Below are positions 31,201-43,500 of a DNA stretch of 63,794 nt, one piece after another. Origin of the DNA: a virus (lineage: Duplodnaviria; Caudoviricetes); the IMG/VR virus record IMGVR_UViG_3300004282_000002, positions 1-63,794 of that record; one strand, 5' to 3'. How positions within the stretch are numbered: the first letter of the stretch is position 1; each line of letters opens with the position of its first letter. The translations under genes and the position numbers were made by a program. Under the pieces are notes generated by a model. The model was not told where the DNA came from and made no database searches. It saw only the letters and a list, made by a program, of their open reading frames with translations.

Positions 31201-34200
31201 GATAATGGTGAACCTGATGAAGCTAATAATAATATAATATTCTCATCATTAGGTAGTGGTAGTGTAAAGACATCGGGTGATTTTGATAGGTTTAGTGGTA
31301 AGAAATTTGAGCAGATAGTTAAAGATCAGAAGATCAAAGAAGGGATGTCTAACAAAGATGCTGAGGAATTCGCTGCTAAAGCTTATAAAGACGACTTTGT
31401 TAAACAACTAGAAGCTTATCGTACTTTTAGAGGGACATTAGCTACTGAACAGGTTGTAATAGATATAACTGGCATTAATCCAGGTATTAGACAATCAGAT
31501 AATGTTGTTGAGATTCCATTGTTAAAAGCTACATTTACTCCATTAAATAAATTACATTTTACAGTATCTGCACCTATCCTTAATGAAGGTGGTGCTCTAG
31601 CTAAGCATATATATAGTCCGTATGGTATTGATCATAGTCTAATCAGTGGTCTTACATATGTGTGGATTCAAGGCAATCCAGTTGTTGTTAAGCAATTAAC
31701 TCTTGCTGATACTAACAGCGTACAGGATATACTTAATGCTTTAAGATATGTTGCTAGTGGTAAAGAGAAAGCTAATGATGTACTTACTTATCTGAAGAGT
31801 GTTATTCATATGAATACAGATAATGAAAAGTATAAGTTATTTTTTATTAATTCTGTTGATAATCATGGTGAGCGTGTTAGTGGGGCCTTTGAAGCACTAG
31901 TATTCGGTGGTAAGTCTATTACAGCAGATAACCTTGCTAAAGGAGAAGGTGTTGAAGAATTAGTTACCTTCCTTAATGATAAGAGATGGAACTTCTCTAA
32001 GAAGTTATTAGATCCCGCTAATAAAGCTGTACCATTTACTGAGTATAAGGTTAATAATAAGTTAGAGGTTAGTGATAGTCAGTGGAAGGCGGAGGATGAT
32101 GGATATAGAGGATTCTTGTTTAGTGATAAGAATAAGAACGTTCCTAAGGGTATTGTCCGTATTAACTATATGCCACAAAGTAAGGTAGCTTTAGCTATTA
32201 AGCCTCAGTTTAAGAATCAATCCTTACGTACAAGGGTAAGGCCTGGGCAGATAAAAGAGAAGGAAGAGCCAAAGGGTGAACCATCTATCTTAGATATGCT
32301 TGGAGGACCAAAACAAGAAGCGCCTTCTGATATAGATGTAGCATGGAATAAAGTTAAGAATGGTCGTACTGGCGATAAATATAGGGAGTTAGCAAGAGAA
32401 TCTATCGCTGATGATAAGATAGATGAGAAAGCATTAGAAGCCGTAGCTAAAGAAAACTACTATAAGGCATACGTACGTAATAATCAAAGGAACTCATCAC
32501 AGAGTTTTACAAGAAAAGTAAATGATGCCAAAGCTAAATATACCCTTGAGAGGGGAACTGCTATAACATGGTTTATAGATAAGTTTCCTGATATACCTAT
32601 AGATATAGTCAATGGTATAATAAATAGTAAGGACGGTGCTAGATTGTGGGGTCAGTTACTTGAAGGATCTAGGGTATTAATATCTAATCTTGCAGAAGAA
32701 GGTACTGCTTATCATGAGGCATTCCACGTATGGAACATCCTATTCAACGATGAGCAGAATAGAAAAATCCTATATAATGAGACAAGGAAGAGAATAGGTA
32801 ATGATAAGCTTACTGATCGTGAAGCTGAAGAAGTATTAGCAGAAGAGTTTCGTGACTTTATGTTATTAGGCGATTCCTATAAGTTTAATAAAGGTGAGAC
32901 AGTTAAGCAAACATTATTCCAGAGGATACTACAAGCTATAAGGAATATAATTAGAAGTATTAGTGGTAAGGATGCAAAAGAATTAAGCAGTAAAGAGATT
33001 GAGAATGCCTTTAAGAAGATAAATGATGGGACGTTCTATGGCAAGATAAACCAGACAACAGAATCATTTAACAGTATCGAAGGCGTAGCTCCTATGGAGA
33101 GACTTGCATTACTTAAAGATATAAACTATAACTTCTTCGATAAGCTTATAAAAGACCTTGGTAATGACGGTGATCTTCTCTTTACATTTGAGAAGTCTCC
33201 AGAGAAGATATATGATGAGTTATACGAACACTATGAGTCTATAAACAATGAAGATGAAGCTAGCGGTGTTAGTCAGATATATAAAGATGTTGTAGAGAAG
33301 TGGGATGACTTTATATATGACCATAAGTTATTCCTTACACAATATAAGATAGATATTAGAACAAGTAAAGAGAAACAGAAGGTATATGAATCACAAGAGA
33401 TTGATGAGGATGAATTAGATGGTAAGACACTAGAACATGTAGAGAGTTTTACTAGGCCTATATCTGACAATATACAGTCGCCTATACGCTTACTTGTTGG
33501 GTCATTGAAATACGTTGATAGTAACGATATAGATGGTAAGACTACCTTTATACCTATCACTGATGCTGAGTTTATGACTAACTCCAATGTGGAGTACAAT
33601 AAGACTATGAACCTTATTATAAATGAATTGACTCAGATAACATCTCCTAAGAAGATGATGGAGAAACTATTCTATCTTACTACTAAAAGAGACAAGAATG
33701 GTAGACTTATCTATCCTGAACTAACACAGCTATATAGACATCTTGGTGGAGATCAGTCTCATGATGTGATGAGTGAGACGAAGAAGAAATTACATATGCA
33801 GTTCTACTCTAGCTTTGCTACTAATAAGAATAGAGTTACTCTTGTCACCTTTAAGAACGATGGTAAGATGACCTATGCTGATATGGTTGACGACTCTGTA
33901 AAAGAAGTAACAAAGAAGACATGGATAGAGAATGCATTAAAGCTTGTTGAGGATAATAAAAGCAAATATATAAAATATGTCGATGGTGATTATAAGATAA
34001 ATATATCGTCATTACTTAATGATCTACGTGTTGCTAGTAATAAGGGGACACTTAGTTCTATATTAGCTAATCTAGGTATTATATTTGCATATCCTGAAGC
34101 TTCTATTAATGGTAATGAGTTTACCAAAGCATATGCATCTAGGTTGATAGAGGAGCTTAATAGGTATAATCATAAGAAGATAGACATGTCACTTAATGAT

Positions 34201-37200
34201 CTCTACGATCCTAATAGGGTACAGAATCAGGGTGAGTTAAATGCTATGGCTATATGGGGCTCAGAAGACCTTACTAACGATACTGATCTTATGTACTTCA
34301 ATCAGGATGGTAATATGGAGTGGTCTATAACAAGGAACTCCCATTTATCTGAGATGAAGAATAGGTTTAATGAGTTTGCTAGTGATAGAAGGATGGATGA
34401 GAATATTCCTGTCCCAATAGAATTACAGAAGCATATGCCTTATAATAGTACTAATGGTAACTTATTTGCTCTACATAGCAAGTATTGGGGTTATACATCG
34501 TCAGGTGTTAAGATTAAATTTGGCCCGATAAAAGCTATTGCTACACAAGATGGTGACGCTGTAGAGATGGATCATGCTAACTTTTCAGACTATAAGAGAG
34601 CGACTTTTGATCTTATACTACGCAATATAATACCATTAGTAAGAGCTGCTGATAGGGGTCCAGAATATGCATTTGAGGCAACAAAGACAGACTATAATAT
34701 AGGAGAGAATACTATAATAGATGACCTAAGAGATAGTTATCTATATGATGAGTTAATAACATCATTTGCATTGTTATCAGAGATAAACTACAATAAAGGT
34801 AATGAAGATAATCCATCTCATAAGTTTGGATCTAATCTACATAACTATAGTAATAATGCAAAGACATTACGTGTATTTAGCTTTCTTTTTGACAAAGATT
34901 TCAATAAAGGTAATAAATTACAGTCATTAGAATCATATGTAGGTGATAACTCAGATATTTCATTCGAGAAACTTAAAAGTCTTACATCTGAATATCTAAT
35001 AGCAAATAGAGAGATTATTGATAGTCTTATCAAAAGTTTCATGACTGAGAGTATGGCTTCTAATAAGGAGTCATTACTTGAAAGTATGATAATAAAAGAT
35101 AAAGGTGATGGTACATTCATGTATCCAGGTCTCAATGAAGAGACTCTTGGTAAGCTAGGTATTATACCATCGGCACGAGGTACTATATCCTCTAGCGATG
35201 TCAATAAGATGTTACGTGTGCATTTCTATAATTACTTTGTAGGTGTACAAGAACAGTTAAAGATGTTTCTTGGCGATATGGCTAGTTATGCTAGTGTATC
35301 AGATTTCCTTAAAAGAACAACATCTTCTGCTTCTACGAAACTACAGACAGCTAATGATGAGAAGACATTACAGTTGATGAATAGGCTTAGGCAAAAAGTT
35401 AATGGTCATGAGCATTCGTCTACTGTAAGAGAGTTAATAATATCTAATATAAAAGGAGATGCTTCTCCTGAGCTTATAGCATTTGACAAGGCTTATTCAA
35501 ACATGGATATAGCTGATGGTCAGATGTGGGGATCATTAGACTTTGTACGTGGTATGTTAGATCGTAATGGTACTTGGTCTGATGAACAAGAGAGGTCATT
35601 CCAGTATGAGATGCAGAAGCTCACATTAGAGGTATTGAGAGACCCAGAATTACGTGATATCTGGCCATTAGCAAACGAGTCTATGTTCACTGATGAGAAT
35701 GGAGTATTTTATAATCATACTAATGGACGCATACCAGGAGCTCCTATGTTTAATGGCGAGACAATTGATCCATATGATAAGGATGCAATGGGCCAGATAC
35801 CAGCATTGAAACCATTAGGTGCTGGATATATTGAACAGGAAGATCTTAATGTTGGTGTTATGGATATTAGTAAGATGTCTGTAGCTCCCATATTCCCATC
35901 ACAATTAACTAGAGAGAGGAAGAAGTTCCTTCTCTCTATGATGCAACATGATATAGACTCATTTGGTGATCCTAAATCTAAAAAAGGAGACTATTATCTT
36001 AACACTTTAAATCCCGATAATGGTGATCTAGTATCATTAGACTCTCAGGTAACACAGTTATTGTATAATGACTATGGTATACAGAATGAAGTAAACACTG
36101 ATGAAAAACGTAGGATAACAGATTCCACACAGAAGATATCTTGTATCTTTGTAGATATGTTTAGTGAAGGTAAGTTATTACCTCAGTTTGCTGATATGGA
36201 TGAAGATATAAAAGAACGTGATGCTATAATTAATGAGGTCAATGTTAGAAATCTTCATTGGGTAATAAAAGAACTTGGTCTTGTTAAGTATGATGATAAC
36301 AGTTATGGACTTCCTAAAGAGAATATTGAGAAGTTTAGAAAGATACTTATTGAGATGTTTGTACAACGTCTTATGCCTGATAATATAATAGAAGGATTAG
36401 GATATGTACTAGACAGTAAAGAAAAGGTATTAGATCTATTCACAGATAGTAATAAGGTAGAGAATGTCCTTAATGCTTTTATAAAGAATAATGTCATCAA
36501 ACGTAAGGTTAAGGGTGAGATGTTTGTTCAGGAATCATCATGGCTATATAGTAGAGACCTTAAGTTTTACGAAAAAGGAGACAAGGAGACATCTAGGGCA
36601 GAGGTTATGATACCTATTCCTGAAGAGTGGAATGCTTGGGTTAAGGAAATTGGTGGGATAGACGTGTTAAACTCTATGCTAGAGAATGGGAAGTTAGATC
36701 CTAGGATAACATCATTCATAGCCAATAGGGTTCCTACGGCTAGCTTGAATACCATAGAGGCTTTCACTATAAAGAAATTCCTTCCCACATATGTTGGTTC
36801 TAGGATAATATTACCAGCTGCTATTGTTGCAAAGACATCTTCTGACTTTGACATAGATAAATTATTTTCTTATCTTAGCAATGTTAAGATTACTAAAGAT
36901 GGTCCTCAGTATATAGAGATGTCTACTGAGAACACAGAGAAGGCTAAACTTGATAGATGGGCTCAGTATGTTTACTATAATTCTTCTAAAGATGAAGTAG
37001 TAGAAGAGCCTAAGACAATCAAAGATATAGCATTATTACTATTAAAACAGACAAAGAAAGAATTAGACTTACTTAAAGATGCTGAAGAGTTTAAATATGG
37101 CTTAAGTAAGATAGCTAGTGATAATGGACTAATGTCATTTGATGAGTTTACTAGTCAGTCTATGATATCTCAGCAGAGCCTACAAGCTCTTGAGAATAGG

Positions 37201-40200
37201 ATGAATGAGATACATGCTAAGGCTATCCTTCATAAAGATAGGTTTGAGACACTTATGACACCTCACTCGTCTGATAGGATAATAACACTAGCAAAGAATC
37301 ATCAACGATTAATAACTGATCTAGATAAACTAGAAGATAGAGATGGTAAGAAGTCGCACGTAGTATCTCAGTGGTGGCATAATAATAGAAAAGCTAAGTC
37401 TTTCTGGGGTGGTAAGCAAGGACTAGCTATTATTGCAGCTAATAACCCAGTTAATATATTAATGCAGAGATTTCCTATACATATAGATGATCCTGTAATT
37501 AATCTAGGCCTATTGTTCTTTAGAGGGCAAGAGATGACTTCAGGTGGTAGATATGGCACTGGACATATAAAAGATGCTAATAAGAATAACATAGCTGATA
37601 ACTATGGACAGATGATGGTAGCTGCTGTTGACGTGGCTAAGAATGATGCTGCTAGTAGGGTTAATATGAATCCTGATACGCTAAGTATGTGGACATTCCT
37701 TAACTCTAATGGATTGAATACAGGTGTTGGTTTGGATCAGATAGCTGCCATGATGAGTCATCCTATCATTATGGATTTTCTTAATAGGATAGATATAAGC
37801 CAGTCTAAGTTTGCAAGGAATAATAGATATACTGCTGAACGTGGTTTGCCATGGGAGAAAAACACATGGTTCCAGGATGAGATAGGTTATAAGTCAAATG
37901 TTATAACATCACTTATAAAGAAATACAGTCCTACTATTGAGGCTGATGTTAAATTCCATGGAGTGATAACAAGACAAGTTGTTCCTGCACGTATAGACGG
38001 TATACCATTTAACTACGAAGAGACATTAGCATCTGCTTTCTCTAATTATATATATGCAGCTGGTGATAAAGCTAAAAAGGTTGCTATGAAAAAGCTTATG
38101 GATAAGATGCGTACAACAACATCTAAGTTTAAATATCTCAGTACTCGTGATATAACAGAGAGTAAAGATGGCGCTGTCGCAATACAGATACTTGATAACT
38201 TTGTTATGTATTCATTAATGTCGCAGAAAGCTATATCATTGAGTAGTTCACTTAGACCATATGCTAGTCATGGATTCAGCAAGACCCAGAGTGGACTTGA
38301 GACAAAGGTAGAGAAGTTCTATAGAAACAGAGATGATAGTATCTTTGATTCTGGGGATGTGGATAACTTCATGGAGAATAGTTTTATTGGTAGTAGCTTT
38401 GATACATACGAGACAACACTTAGTATGTATAAATGGACACTATTAACACGTAAGTATCCTGAGTTAGCTAAGTTATTCAATGATCAGTTCTTATCTAGAT
38501 ATACTAACCTTAAAGATCAGACTAGGGAAGAGATATTAAGATCGGCACGTAATCAGTTTATGTCCTTTGTGGCATCTTACTACTCTGATGATGAGACAGT
38601 AATGAGAAATAGATACACGGAATTATTTACTGGAGCTAATTCACTACCTATCAGACTTAGACGGATTAAAGGTAAGATATCTAATAATGCATTAGAATAT
38701 TTACGTCCTGTTATCTCTGAGTTTTCGTTAGAAACAAACACTGTTAGAGAGAATCATTATATAACATCATTTAATAAGAAACAAGGTGTTATAGAACAGA
38801 ACATTAACGTAGCTATCGTAGAAGAGATGTTGGAATCAAAAGATCCTGAGGTAAGGAAATTTACCGAGGATTTTATTGAGTTCTCTATGTATCAGAATGG
38901 TATTGGCAATTCACATATTAGTTATATGAGTATTATTCCTAATATAAAATTCATACCTAAGATGGATGCTGATATGCAGACATTCCTAGATAAGTTTTTT
39001 AAAGGAAATGACGATAATCAAAGCATGATAATATCATCTTTCGTTGATCAGTTCATGAGAAATAACTATGCTAATAAAGATATAGTACATAGATATGGGA
39101 CTACCTTTTCAGAGAGTGATATTAATGAGGGCGAAACATTTACTAAGAAAGTTAGGAGGATAGAGGTTGATAAGAAGAGTCCTGCCGCTAGATATGATTA
39201 TATAACAGCAAGATACTATACATCCTCAGCGCAAGAGAGAAAGGATAATTACGCTAAGGGATTAAGAAATCCTTTTGAGATGATACTATATAAGTTCGAT
39301 AGTGTAGATGAAACTACTGGTAAGTATATATTTACATTAGTAGAGAAGCTTGGTGACGGTCCTAGATTTAAGGAATACTATCCAACACTAAGTGGTGCTA
39401 TAGTGCCTAGTATATTAAAAACTAATCAATATGCTAACATTAAGCCTAAGGTTGTTGAAAAGAAGGTTGTTACTCCTAATAGAGATATTAGTACAATGAA
39501 TAATGACGAACTCTATGCTTCATTAATGCAATTAGAAACTGATTATAATGCTAAGCCGATAGAGGAATTAGATAACTTAATGATGGATTTCTTTAACGCT
39601 GCAAAAATCTCTAAGAAACCTGTTGATGTTATTAAGTCTAGGCTAGGAAAGAAGATACCAGCTGTGGCTGTCTCTAGATTAGCTGAGATGACAGTAGAGG
39701 TTATTGATGGTAAGAGAAACATGAAGACATTACCAGAGGAAGCTTCGCACTTCTATATAGCTATGCTAGATGAGAATAGTGGACTATATAAATCTATGTT
39801 TAATGGTATTGTCAACTATCCTATATATCAGCAAGTAAGAGATAACTATGGTGAGATATATGAATGGAATGAGGTCATGCTTCGTGAAGAAGCAATTGGT
39901 AAGCTTATAACTGATAGGATGGTAACTGGGTTTGTTGATAAGACATTAACCACTAGGTTACAGGAGCAATCTAATAACTGGTTTATTAAACTATGGAATA
40001 CTATAAAAGAGATCTTTAAGAAGACTAATGGTGATCCATATACTAAGGTTGCTTACGATATATTAAATACTAAAGTAAGACATCTTACAGAGATTAAACC
40101 TACTAAAGCTGATGATAGATACCAATCAGTCTCTAAGTTAGAGCAATGGAATGAGATACCTGCTACATCGAAAGGTATGTACAAATATCTATATTATAGG

Positions 40201-40542
40201 AATATCAACGAAGCTAAGTCTTCCTACAATTCTTATGTTGATACATTTGGATTAAGTAGTGTTAGATTAATGGAGACACCTTATGATAAGTTTAAAGCTA
40301 AGGTAGCAATCACTAGGCCTATAGACAAGGGTGATATGACAAGTGTAATAATAGCCAAGGAAGATGTTGCTATAGATAATATGAAAGAGTTAGTTAAGGC
40401 TCCTGTACAGATAAATGCTGAACAAATGGTTATTAACTTTGATACATATTTCCCTGGAGAGGAATATCTTGATGATAGCGAGAAGAGAGCTAGAATGACG
40501 TTAGTTGAGAATGGAGAATTAAAAATATCATGTAAGTTTTAA
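28294..40542 (+). CDS. Virion-packaged DNA-dependent RNA polymerase polyprotein (crAss type) with zincin-like domains
   Basis: 4082 aa; NRVPT...SDFDIDK catalytic motif at about 36844; HEAFH zincin motif at 32713; degenerate EEASH at 39736; N-terminal membrane-like Gly-rich helices. Confidence 0.85.
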   Translation: MATPSVLGQEPIVPENLSKPTLDKPGITEPDLATNLRAISAMDFGRPAQATTLPVSERQFAKRLSPMAPVVGTNIMEDLAQDQSGWEQMAYLVPRALSKAAIEAAKLPGMIEGFGEWATTGFSSEDYGNAFNNGWVLALDRFNEQIQKEGLPVYVPQSVQDGNIFKKLASTSFWATEGADGVGFLLGMMAPGVALRALKLGANTTKLFSGVNKLVKPGSELETMAASMKTASRIDDWSAAAVNTVYEAGIEGQQAFNDYLNQYPGDVEGAGRAAKQTFVANNAILLGPNLLNQKWLFNGFKRTEQVAKSVGKPAVTKAIASTITPTGELGKLATKTTFDKVFDVTKIIGKGVLSEGFFEEGLQYATSERAKKTKGNLDFAGIVDEYIKDITADTQGNTEMWSGIILGGIMGGGMSSYGAIKQAKTEEKYGKELYGLLNNNYINYNKTYKDFAKTENGQPIYDKSGQIEIDIPKLIAGGAFAIKNAALRESALAAYEDGDQETYDQVMNLIHFDYMLPWLQMEGGIDLLKEHIKAIAVKEKASDEANGITDSKSVAEIEQSLVDKATKFQEIYNKINDTHDLSFDISKKKTATKDDIKSFSDLVKANKMSAKVQMDHFTDRVNKLKNTLSTNGVTSSFSKMDDAMVSELEDSYKKLASTKSLDSVQQAEIEQTIATVKQGVKVYNEARKALNEAFDKKSLNKAFDQWLTAKVKGEQNKTNLGKLKDPGLASIWNNANKKGNLGIKYTDASGKEHAVIAKINKVNEDGTLDVSVLNKKEDGTWEPKENITINNSKEIKLSDGTVVIADISSYATPEEAEKGNLINGSSGTNIENELSHSFEIASVSYEKDPKTPYSGFDSFLKITSNQDQAGTNSNVARFYVFVNNYWNKGQTYQGKVVMKYSFKTFHYNQMANQSDLLKDKLLFYVGDGKFMSYNEIQKADNNASIIDKARQDIKVVVVDAITKDISKFDDNGEPDEANNNIIFSSLGSGSVKTSGDFDRFSGKKFEQIVKDQKIKEGMSNKDAEEFAAKAYKDDFVKQLEAYRTFRGTLATEQVVIDITGINPGIRQSDNVVEIPLLKATFTPLNKLHFTVSAPILNEGGALAKHIYSPYGIDHSLISGLTYVWIQGNPVVVKQLTLADTNSVQDILNALRYVASGKEKANDVLTYLKSVIHMNTDNEKYKLFFINSVDNHGERVSGAFEALVFGGKSITADNLAKGEGVEELVTFLNDKRWNFSKKLLDPANKAVPFTEYKVNNKLEVSDSQWKAEDDGYRGFLFSDKNKNVPKGIVRINYMPQSKVALAIKPQFKNQSLRTRVRPGQIKEKEEPKGEPSILDMLGGPKQEAPSDIDVAWNKVKNGRTGDKYRELARESIADDKIDEKALEAVAKENYYKAYVRNNQRNSSQSFTRKVNDAKAKYTLERGTAITWFIDKFPDIPIDIVNGIINSKDGARLWGQLLEGSRVLISNLAEEGTAYHEAFHVWNILFNDEQNRKILYNETRKRIGNDKLTDREAEEVLAEEFRDFMLLGDSYKFNKGETVKQTLFQRILQAIRNIIRSISGKDAKELSSKEIENAFKKINDGTFYGKINQTTESFNSIEGVAPMERLALLKDINYNFFDKLIKDLGNDGDLLFTFEKSPEKIYDELYEHYESINNEDEASGVSQIYKDVVEKWDDFIYDHKLFLTQYKIDIRTSKEKQKVYESQEIDEDELDGKTLEHVESFTRPISDNIQSPIRLLVGSLKYVDSNDIDGKTTFIPITDAEFMTNSNVEYNKTMNLIINELTQITSPKKMMEKLFYLTTKRDKNGRLIYPELTQLYRHLGGDQSHDVMSETKKKLHMQFYSSFATNKNRVTLVTFKNDGKMTYADMVDDSVKEVTKKTWIENALKLVEDNKSKYIKYVDGDYKINISSLLNDLRVASNKGTLSSILANLGIIFAYPEASINGNEFTKAYASRLIEELNRYNHKKIDMSLNDLYDPNRVQNQGELNAMAIWGSEDLTNDTDLMYFNQDGNMEWSITRNSHLSEMKNRFNEFASDRRMDENIPVPIELQKHMPYNSTNGNLFALHSKYWGYTSSGVKIKFGPIKAIATQDGDAVEMDHANFSDYKRATFDLILRNIIPLVRAADRGPEYAFEATKTDYNIGENTIIDDLRDSYLYDELITSFALLSEINYNKGNEDNPSHKFGSNLHNYSNNAKTLRVFSFLFDKDFNKGNKLQSLESYVGDNSDISFEKLKSLTSEYLIANREIIDSLIKSFMTESMASNKESLLESMIIKDKGDGTFMYPGLNEETLGKLGIIPSARGTISSSDVNKMLRVHFYNYFVGVQEQLKMFLGDMASYASVSDFLKRTTSSASTKLQTANDEKTLQLMNRLRQKVNGHEHSSTVRELIISNIKGDASPELIAFDKAYSNMDIADGQMWGSLDFVRGMLDRNGTWSDEQERSFQYEMQKLTLEVLRDPELRDIWPLANESMFTDENGVFYNHTNGRIPGAPMFNGETIDPYDKDAMGQIPALKPLGAGYIEQEDLNVGVMDISKMSVAPIFPSQLTRERKKFLLSMMQHDIDSFGDPKSKKGDYYLNTLNPDNGDLVSLDSQVTQLLYNDYGIQNEVNTDEKRRITDSTQKISCIFVDMFSEGKLLPQFADMDEDIKERDAIINEVNVRNLHWVIKELGLVKYDDNSYGLPKENIEKFRKILIEMFVQRLMPDNIIEGLGYVLDSKEKVLDLFTDSNKVENVLNAFIKNNVIKRKVKGEMFVQESSWLYSRDLKFYEKGDKETSRAEVMIPIPEEWNAWVKEIGGIDVLNSMLENGKLDPRITSFIANRVPTASLNTIEAFTIKKFLPTYVGSRIILPAAIVAKTSSDFDIDKLFSYLSNVKITKDGPQYIEMSTENTEKAKLDRWAQYVYYNSSKDEVVEEPKTIKDIALLLLKQTKKELDLLKDAEEFKYGLSKIASDNGLMSFDEFTSQSMISQQSLQALENRMNEIHAKAILHKDRFETLMTPHSSDRIITLAKNHQRLITDLDKLEDRDGKKSHVVSQWWHNNRKAKSFWGGKQGLAIIAANNPVNILMQRFPIHIDDPVINLGLLFFRGQEMTSGGRYGTGHIKDANKNNIADNYGQMMVAAVDVAKNDAASRVNMNPDTLSMWTFLNSNGLNTGVGLDQIAAMMSHPIIMDFLNRIDISQSKFARNNRYTAERGLPWEKNTWFQDEIGYKSNVITSLIKKYSPTIEADVKFHGVITRQVVPARIDGIPFNYEETLASAFSNYIYAAGDKAKKVAMKKLMDKMRTTTSKFKYLSTRDITESKDGAVAIQILDNFVMYSLMSQKAISLSSSLRPYASHGFSKTQSGLETKVEKFYRNRDDSIFDSGDVDNFMENSFIGSSFDTYETTLSMYKWTLLTRKYPELAKLFNDQFLSRYTNLKDQTREEILRSARNQFMSFVASYYSDDETVMRNRYTELFTGANSLPIRLRRIKGKISNNALEYLRPVISEFSLETNTVRENHYITSFNKKQGVIEQNINVAIVEEMLESKDPEVRKFTEDFIEFSMYQNGIGNSHISYMSIIPNIKFIPKMDADMQTFLDKFFKGNDDNQSMIISSFVDQFMRNNYANKDIVHRYGTTFSESDINEGETFTKKVRRIEVDKKSPAARYDYITARYYTSSAQERKDNYAKGLRNPFEMILYKFDSVDETTGKYIFTLVEKLGDGPRFKEYYPTLSGAIVPSILKTNQYANIKPKVVEKKVVTPNRDISTMNNDELYASLMQLETDYNAKPIEELDNLMMDFFNAAKISKKPVDVIKSRLGKKIPAVAVSRLAEMTVEVIDGKRNMKTLPEEASHFYIAMLDENSGLYKSMFNGIVNYPIYQQVRDNYGEIYEWNEVMLREEAIGKLITDRMVTGFVDKTLTTRLQEQSNNWFIKLWNTIKEIFKKTNGDPYTKVAYDILNTKVRHLTEIKPTKADDRYQSVSKLEQWNEIPATSKGMYKYLYYRNINEAKSSYNSYVDTFGLSSVRLMETPYDKFKAKVAITRPIDKGDMTSVIIAKEDVAIDNMKELVKAPVQINAEQMVINFDTYFPGEEYLDDSEKRARMTLVENGELKISCKF

Positions 40543-40553
40543 AAAGTATCATT

Positions 40554-43500
40554 ATGGGATGTAAGGAATTAAATTTTACAAAAGAGGAGTTAGTAAATGC
40601 TCAGAAGAATGAGTCTCTGATAACACAGCCATCACCTAATCAGACACAGGAAGAGACATCTGCAAAGATAGACTCTGTAGCTGCCAAGGTGGTAAAGAAA
40701 GATGAGAGATATTGGTTCTGGGATTGGGTAATGGGAACTCGTGTGTCAGAAAAAGCTAAGAGAAGTAAGGGTATGCAAGCATCTAGTGTTAATCCTGATA
40801 ATGATATTAAGAGAGAGGCTGGTACATTCGTACATGAGATAATGAATGATCTTCTTAATCTCAGAGCTAATAAGAAAGGTGATTTCTTTGTCATAAAAGA
40901 AAAAGCATTACATGGCCCGGTTAAACTTACTAGTGATCATTTCAGCCAATTAAACAAACTAGCTGAACGCGTTGCTCGTGATATAAGGAGACAACAAGAT
41001 CTTATTGATAAAGACAAGGATGTAATAGTAAAGACAGAGATATTCGTTGGTGATTTCCTTAAGGATATAGGTGGCACAATAGACGTGCTTGCTATCTTTA
41101 GTGATAACACAGGCCTTATCTATGACTATAAAACTTCAGGGAAGAATGATCCTATTGAGATTATTGATGGCAATGCAAGAGTTGTGCGTAGGCCATTAGC
41201 ATATCAGGACATAGATGCTTATCATATAGCTATGAAGGAATACAAGAGAATCCTTGTAGAGAGATATGGTTTAAAGCATATACGTCAGAATAGATTACTT
41301 CCTATAGCAATGAGTTTTGTTAAGAAAGAAGGTAAGCTAGAAAAGGGCAATATATTAAAAAAGGAAATAGATAATCTTGTTGCTATTGATGAGGCTTCTG
41401 AGAATCTTAAACCTATTCCTGTTGGTGGAGAACAGACATCATGGAAGGGACTTAATAAGCTTATAGAGAAACAATATACTCAGATTGAGGAGCTCAGACG
41501 TAAGCTAAAGAATAAGAAGATTAGTCAAGATGAGAAAGAAGAGATTAAACGTAGGATAGAAGCTATAGATAAGAGTATCACAAGGACACTTGTAGATAGT
41601 GATATAAATGATATAATACAAACAGCTACTAATCTTGCCTTTGAGGTTAACAATAGACTTAAGGAATTACCGTTATTAGTTAATAATGACCCCAATCCTA
41701 ACTATATGACGTTAGAAGACATATCTAATTATATAGCTGAGATGAGTGTTTATAAGGATATGGCTAAGGAGACACATACATATTTCTTAGATATAAAAGA
41801 GTCTGATCCTAATAAATTTGAAAGACTAAAGAAATCTCTTAGGAAGATACTTCCTGATTTTGAAGAGAGGTTATATGAACTAGAATATGAATATAACAAT
41901 AGAGGAGAATCTATTGTTTCTGATGATTTTAAGGGCGAAGATGGACATCTGTTACCATTGCAGGAACTTAATTTTGGACAATTAAAATTCTTAAAGATAT
42001 CTGAGATTGATCATCCTATATACCAGACTGTATGGAAAGTCGTAGAGGAAGCTCAGTTTAAGATTAAAAAGAAATTTAATGACATGGATAAGAATGTCTA
42101 TGGTAAGACAGAAGCGTTGTTCAAATGGGCTAAAGATAACTTCGGTGGTATTAACTATAGGAAAGAAGCCTTCAAGATGCTAATTGATAACGAGACTGGG
42201 AATATGTATTCTATGTTAAAGAAGGGCTTTGTTAGTGAGTTAAATGCTACTATTGAGAAGGGTGGTTCAGATGCTATAGAGATAGTAAAAGATCACTATG
42301 AGTTTAAGAATCAAGCACAATGGAAGAAAGATTATGAGGTAAGGCTAGAAAGTTTTAGGGCCCTTACAAGGGCAAGATATAATATTAATTATGCTACAGG
42401 AACTTTTGAGGATGTTGTTGGCGTAGGAGATAAGATTATACAGACCGCCATACAGCAAGAAGAAGCCTATGAGAATGAGATATCTAACTTCAAGAAGAAT
42501 AATGATCTTGAGAATAGTGGTATAGCATGGCTTAACGTTATTAATAGAAGAAGCTTTCTTAAACTTAAGAAATCAACTATAGAAGATAACTATTCTGAAG
42601 AATATAAAAGAATAAAAAATATCAAACCGCTTAATGACTTTTATGTCATGTGGAATGAATATATGGAAGAATTTTCTCAGATATTTGGGGTTATGAACTA
42701 TAAGGAACTGCCACCTAATTTTATTCCTAATATCAGAAAAGAGATGTTAGAGCATATCAGTTCCGATGGTTTTCATCTTATGTCTGCTGTCAATGAGTTC
42801 TTTGAGTCGTTTAGTGTAAGAGAAGAAGATGTATATCTTAGCTCATATAGTCCAGATGGTGTAGAGCGTAGAGTTCCTATTCTATTTATGAATAAGTTTA
42901 AAGATAAAGATGGTAATGTTGATAATACACGCAAGTCTTATGATCTAAGTACATCCCTGATGATCTTTGGTAAGATGGCTTATAACTATCAACATATGCA
43001 TGAGATAGAACCTAAGATAAATGCTCTTAAACATGTATTAGGAAGACCATCACCAGAACAGGGAGGAACAGAAGCTACTGATAGGCTTGGTAGACGCATA
43101 GCTGGTAGAGTGTCCCCATATATTACAAGGGAAGGTAGTGGTACGGATACATATAAGCTATTAGAAGATATAACAGATTTTTATCTATATGGTGTTAAGT
43201 TTAAACAAACATCGTTAATACCAGGTGTTGATGTAGCACATTTTCTAACAAAGATGAAAAACTATAACTCTGGGATACGATTAGGGTTTGCATTTATTCC
43301 AGCTGCTGGAGCATTAATGGCTGGTAAAGTAGGTACAGTATTAGGTGCTGGAAAGGGGATTCATTATACTAGTGAGCAATTATTAGAGGCACATAAGTTA
43401 ATGGTTTCTAATCCTAAGAAATATAAGGCTATAACAGCATTTTTTGACGCTCAGAATGATGACTATACACAAAGAGAATTAGAGAAGCATCACTCAGATA